Origin: Calcarisporiella thermophila CBS 279.70
Lineage: Eukaryota > Fungi > Calcarisporiellomycota
Assembly (NCBI RefSeq): GCF_041956535.1
Contig: NW_027192195.1
Coordinates: forward strand, 598,150 to 662,149
Direction of reading: 5' to 3'
DNA length: 64,000 nucleotides
The position numbers and the translations under genes were made by a program. Positions 59,212-64,000 of this stretch are shown one piece after another. Every line of letters begins with the position of its first letter. Within the stretch, counting starts at the first letter, position 1. Under the pieces are notes generated by a model. It ran no database searches and was not told the origin of the DNA. It worked only from the letters and a program-made list of their open reading frames with translations.

Positions 59212-59644
59212 TCCCTATATTTCGCTTCAGCTTTTGATATTTGTTAGATTTATTTATTTTTATTACGCAAAACCTATTTAATTCATAATAATAGAATTCC
59301 AATCGTAAATTGGCTGTTTACCTTTATTAAATTCGCTAAGAATACAAATACATAATCATCCAACAAATTAGGTATTTCGATGAGAAAAGAGTAGGTTAAT
59401 ATTAATTTACAATTTGATTAGAATTGAGAAAATAAACTATAACAATTTGAGTAATTAGTAACATAAAGTAAAAAATAAAGTCTATATCAAAAGAAGAGAA
59501 TAATCAAAAAAAGTGAAAATAGAATCACTCTCTATACCCGAAACAAAAGAAAAAGCGGAATGCTTATGTATATTTCTAGAAATAATGCAGGGTATATTTC
59601 ACTATTATTTTTTTTTTAAATATATAGTCCGGTGCCGCATGGTT

Positions 59645-62600
59645 TTATATCCTTTGAGTTGTATCCCACCCTCTACCACGATTGAACGACGCGACACGAT
59701 GTGGCGGTGGCACCGGGGGTGTGAGGGTCCTCGTATGTGCATAATATCGCATTCTTTCCCCATTATCCATTTCATACTGGTCCGACGTAATGGTCATCGA
59801 GCTTGCATATGAACGCATGGGATGTAGGTGCCCACGCTGAGGAAAGGGCGGGTGTAAGAGATTAGGGACTGAATTCGAGGAAGCTTGGTAGCTTAATCTC
59901 GGGGATACTGATCGAGAGGGAAATGAGGGAGCCAGTCTATCAACACTACTCATCGATCTATCTAGCCCAGCCTCTATCCGGTCACAACTGTAAGAATTTC
60001 GAATTGGATAGTTGAAGAGGGTGTTATCCGAGTTTACAGAGTAAGGGGTTTGTGCCCCGGGGTCAAAATATTCGCCATAATTCTGCATCCCTAATCCTAT
60101 ACAGCGTTCGGATCTTGTAGTTTCGCTAGGCTCTCTTTTTTTCGTACTATTGTGGTCGTTATGCCATTGTTTGACCAGCGGATAGTGCTTCTTGATGCCA
60201 AGACGCTCCCGTTCCCACTCCTCCCATTTCTTCATCACCACCGCTCCAGCTTCAAATTCTCCCTCCTTATCACCCTCTGTACCCTTCTGCTTCCGCCCTT
60301 CGCCCATAACTCTTCGAGTCTGCCCCCACGAAAAATCGTCGAAATGCCAGTATGCATACACAGGTAGAATCAGGTTCCAAATCGGCAACGCAAGTAAATA
60401 AATGATCATCCATCCAACATAAACGATCTTGCGCGTGGTCGTCATAACAATTAGAAGAGCAGGAAGACCAAGAATAGCACCGAGGAGGAGAAGAGGGATC
60501 AGCTGCAGGGAACCGATGATGGAGCTTACTAAAAGCCATCCGGTGAAAACAATAGCGGCCGGCAAAACTACGGTTCCCACGAGCTCAATTAGAACCGCAA
60601 ATTGCATCGATAGGCAGGCAATACCGCATAAATCCGACACCAGCACCAGCTCCATGAGGTTGTGAATGGTCGAATTGATCCATCTCCTCCTTTGCGATAT
60701 TAACACTCCAAGCGTATCGGGCACTACAGTCTTACAAATCGCTTGGGGAAGGAATATCATCTGTCGCTTTGGAAATGTCCGTAACATAAGAGTGGAAAGA
60801 AAACGATCTTCCCCGAGAAGTAGTAGGTTTTTTGCATGAAGTGTTGCGACGACATTCTGATTGTACTCTAGTAGAATGTCTGGATTGGCTAGGATAGGTA
60901 CCCAACCATCGTTCTTGGGGGCTTTTATCCTAAGTGCATTTTAAAGTTTATCCGAGATTATTTTTAATATCTTGGAATGAATGATGTGAAAAATTTACCT
61001 ATACATGCAGAAACATCCTGGCAAACAAGTGACACCTCCGAACATGGACTCAAATGCTTTAGCATAATGGTGTGATATATAGTACTCAAATACTTGTATC
61101 ATGGTAACCCCTAATTCGACGTATACAAATAAAAAGCACAGTAAATAAACACTATGAATAGGTTTATATCCAACATCTGAATCAACTAAACTTCACTTAC
61201 ATGAATCTAACTTATTTGCGATTCGAGTTTCCCCACAAAGTCCCATAATTGTCACGTCGTTTACCATTGCCCCTACCATATGTCCCAGTGACTCCGGTAA
61301 TACTCTTGTATCAGCATCTACCATTAGCACCAGCTCGAATTGATCTGGCGTGACTTCACCCCGCATAAGCCAAGTCAACTTCCAAAAAATTTCGTGATCT
61401 AGCTGGGTGAATCGATCGTTAAAAAGAACACGCTGAAAGAAAGTCATTAATAAGACTTGAGAGTCTCGCTTTCCCCGATTTCCAGGCTTAGCACTATGTG
61501 CCTCGGCGGGAGTACCACATTTGACGATGCAGATTGCAGGAACCCAAGCATTTTTATAGACATAGTGACCGGCATACTAAAAATCAAGTGAAAACATCAG
61601 ACATGAGGAGATATTCCGACCCTCAATGCCAGTTGGATTATTTACCACTTTTGCCATGTTGTGTTGTTTTTCACCATCGGCAATCGCAATATAGGAGCAA
61701 GGTTTTGGATCTCTCATTCTTTTATCCAGCGTCAACATATCGACAACTAATTCAGGAGTACTCTTCTCATTTCCGGAACCAGTGATCAGACCATCGCATA
61801 TAATAAAGAAAACCTAGGAATTTTCCGACATAAAAGTGTAAATGATATAAATATTTCTAATAGAATATATATTAAAATGAGTTTTTTTGTATTCACCTTA
61901 TGATCATTCGAGTAGGTAGTCGCGGCTAACGAGTCAAAGGTCGATCTCAATCCTTGTTCTCCCTCAGAATAACAGGTAACTAGCATTAGTGTATATAATT
62001 CAGTTTGTCCTTCTCCTCTGCCCCGTTTTCTTCTCGTCCACGGCAGATACTTATGCCGCCCACCAGGTTTTACCAACCTCGGGGACACAAACCACCCAAA
62101 CACTACCGCCATTGTGAATCTAACCATGATCAAGCTCACAATCACCGAGAGCGTAAGCATCATGACGACATTGGCTGCAATACATCCTACAGTATCGCGT
62201 GAGATAACACCAACAGCATAGCGTCCCTCGAGGCAATCCATTGCATCTTTTGTTTCAGGACGTGTTGCGAAAGCAGCAGTAGCATCGCGACCGAGCCCTC
62301 TTAAAATTCGCTCGTGAACAGATGTGCCGAAATAAGGATCACCGTGCTCGAGATACAAGCTCATGTTAAGAACCAGATTATTCAGCACCATAAGGCGAGT
62401 ACGAGGATCAAGATGATTTGGAATAAGATCTTCCCATTCGAAAAATAGAGCACCTAAAGGCCGCAAAACCTGTCTCAAATCACCCAAAGGAATGCACTGT
62501 GGCGCTACTATCCACCCTCCATACGGACTATACACTATGCAGCTTCTGTTATTAAGCGCTCGCATATTCCTGTCATATAAGACACAGCTTCCACCAGTTG

Positions 62601-63449
62601 CATCAAATAGCCCAGAGAGATCCACTCCCTGATAATCTTTTAAAAGTTCAATCCCATAATGTGCAAGGAATATTCTCATATCATTAAAGCGATAAAGTTC
62701 GCCATGCACAGAAACGTCCTCTCGCCACACCTTTACAGGCTGACCCGCAGGTCCCGGCTGAGTGTAGGAAAAGGAGACGCGTTTCTCGGGACATAAGAGA
62801 GGTTGCAGACCATAGGTGATGAATCCCAAAAGGCCACAAAATATTAGAATAATAAAACACAATGCAACCTGTATGGAACCATTTATAAGTTGGTTAATAT
62901 GGGTCGCTTTTGTTACAATACTTTGGTGAAATCGATACTTACTTTTTCTCTCCATGCCTGTTGCACCAATTTGTTTTTTTTTCCACAACACGTCCTCAGC
63001 AAAAACCCTGGCACGCAACATGTCACAAGCCATGAAAAGAGTGTCCAAATACCCAGTGGGACTTCCCCTTCTTCTCCATTACTCGGCTGCTCTTTGTTAT
63101 TCGGAGCTACCATTGGTCTTCGCACCGATCTGGCTCTGTGAATCTCTGAGCCATCACGAATCAGAGGTTGGCGTGAACGGTGTCGATCTGGTCTTATAAG
63201 AGAATGTGTACGATCGAACTGGCGATTTTCAGCAGTGTAATTTTGTACTCGAAGAAGCTCTCGGTCATGAATACGATGAGATTGCTGTACAATTCGAGTA
63301 TGAGAATGGGGAGGCGGTGTTGGCTGCTGACGGTTAACTTGCTGCTGAGAAGGTAAAGTATATTGTGAGCGATGAGCTGGATCACTCTTATGTATAGGAC
63401 TGGTTGGATATTGAGTATGGTTGTGATAGCGAGATCTCTGGCTACTCAT
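59645..63449 (-). CDS. Chitin synthase, division 2 (class IV-like, no myosin motor domain)
   Basis: [69 protein letters not shown]. Confidence 0.95.
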
Positions 63450-63741
63450 TATTTAAACACGCTCTAATAAAGATTAACAGAATTATGAAGAGAGAGAAGA
63501 AAAGGAGAGAAGGAATTTTCTAATAATATTCAGAAGAATTACGAGGTTATAAGGACCAAAATGGAACAGAAACCATCATAAAAGAGGAATTGAGCGCAAG
63601 GCAGCAAGGAATAAAGATGCACGGTAACTGAAGAATGGAAATTTGTTAATCTCGTCCTGATTTGGAAAGCTCGAAATGTACACGTTACAACTTACAATTT
63701 TGCACTCGAGATTAAAAAATTATTATTGATATTGATATTGA

Positions 63742-63786
63742 TCAAAGATGGTATTCTACCATAATATGGTAGAATACCATCTTTGA
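63742..63786. repeat. Perfect 45-bp palindrome (22-bp arms, 1-nt centre)
   Basis: TCAAAGATGGTATTCTACCATA-A-TATGGTAGAATACCATCTTTGA. Confidence 0.95.
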
Positions 63787-64000
63787 ATGTACACGATTTC
63801 CTACGGAAATTCATCATTTGTTTAGAAAAGAGGCAAGCTAAACTTTAATTCGACCGGTACTAAGTTTCTTATATGGGCTATACAGTATCGAGATATAGAA
63901 TTGTAGAATGAATGAACTAATGGTTATCTATTAATTCCTTTATAAGCAACCAAATATCCACAGCATAATAGAAATAATATAATCAGATACATTTTAATGC

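Overview
Gene-dense, intron-rich eukaryotic DNA. It is most likely an early-diverging fungus (Mucoromycota/Zoopagomycota-like), inferred from the chitin synthase, the TOK K+ channel, a Puf4-type Pumilio, short 50-100 nt GT-AG introns and very short intergenic spacers. About 25 protein-coding genes are supported: a forkhead TF, an Osh1/2-type OSBP, Sec18/NSF, mitochondrial MetRS, a Puf4/5-type PUF, an alpha-arrestin, Atx1, an SDR, a G-patch/Zn-finger protein, an orphan 4-TM protein, a truncated XRN1 paralogue, an Amt/Mep transporter, beta-tubulin, NDUFS7, an orphan secreted precursor, PRMT5, a MATA-type HMG protein, TBCD, Cdc26, RPS25, succinyl-CoA ligase alpha, proteasome alpha5, a TOK channel, a CCDC28-like protein, a FAM86/Efm3 methyltransferase and a class IV-type chitin synthase. 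There are three N-gaps. The housekeeping run is broken by a ~6 kb island (20.5-26.8 kb) in which two of the gaps hide two inverted copies of the same ~1 kb unit, directly followed by a catalytic-core-only XRN1 duplicate; this is the least explained part of the window. No tRNA, rRNA or CRISPR array was recognisable. CDS coordinates are gene spans including introns, modelled by eye, and family assignments come from recalled motifs rather than database searches.
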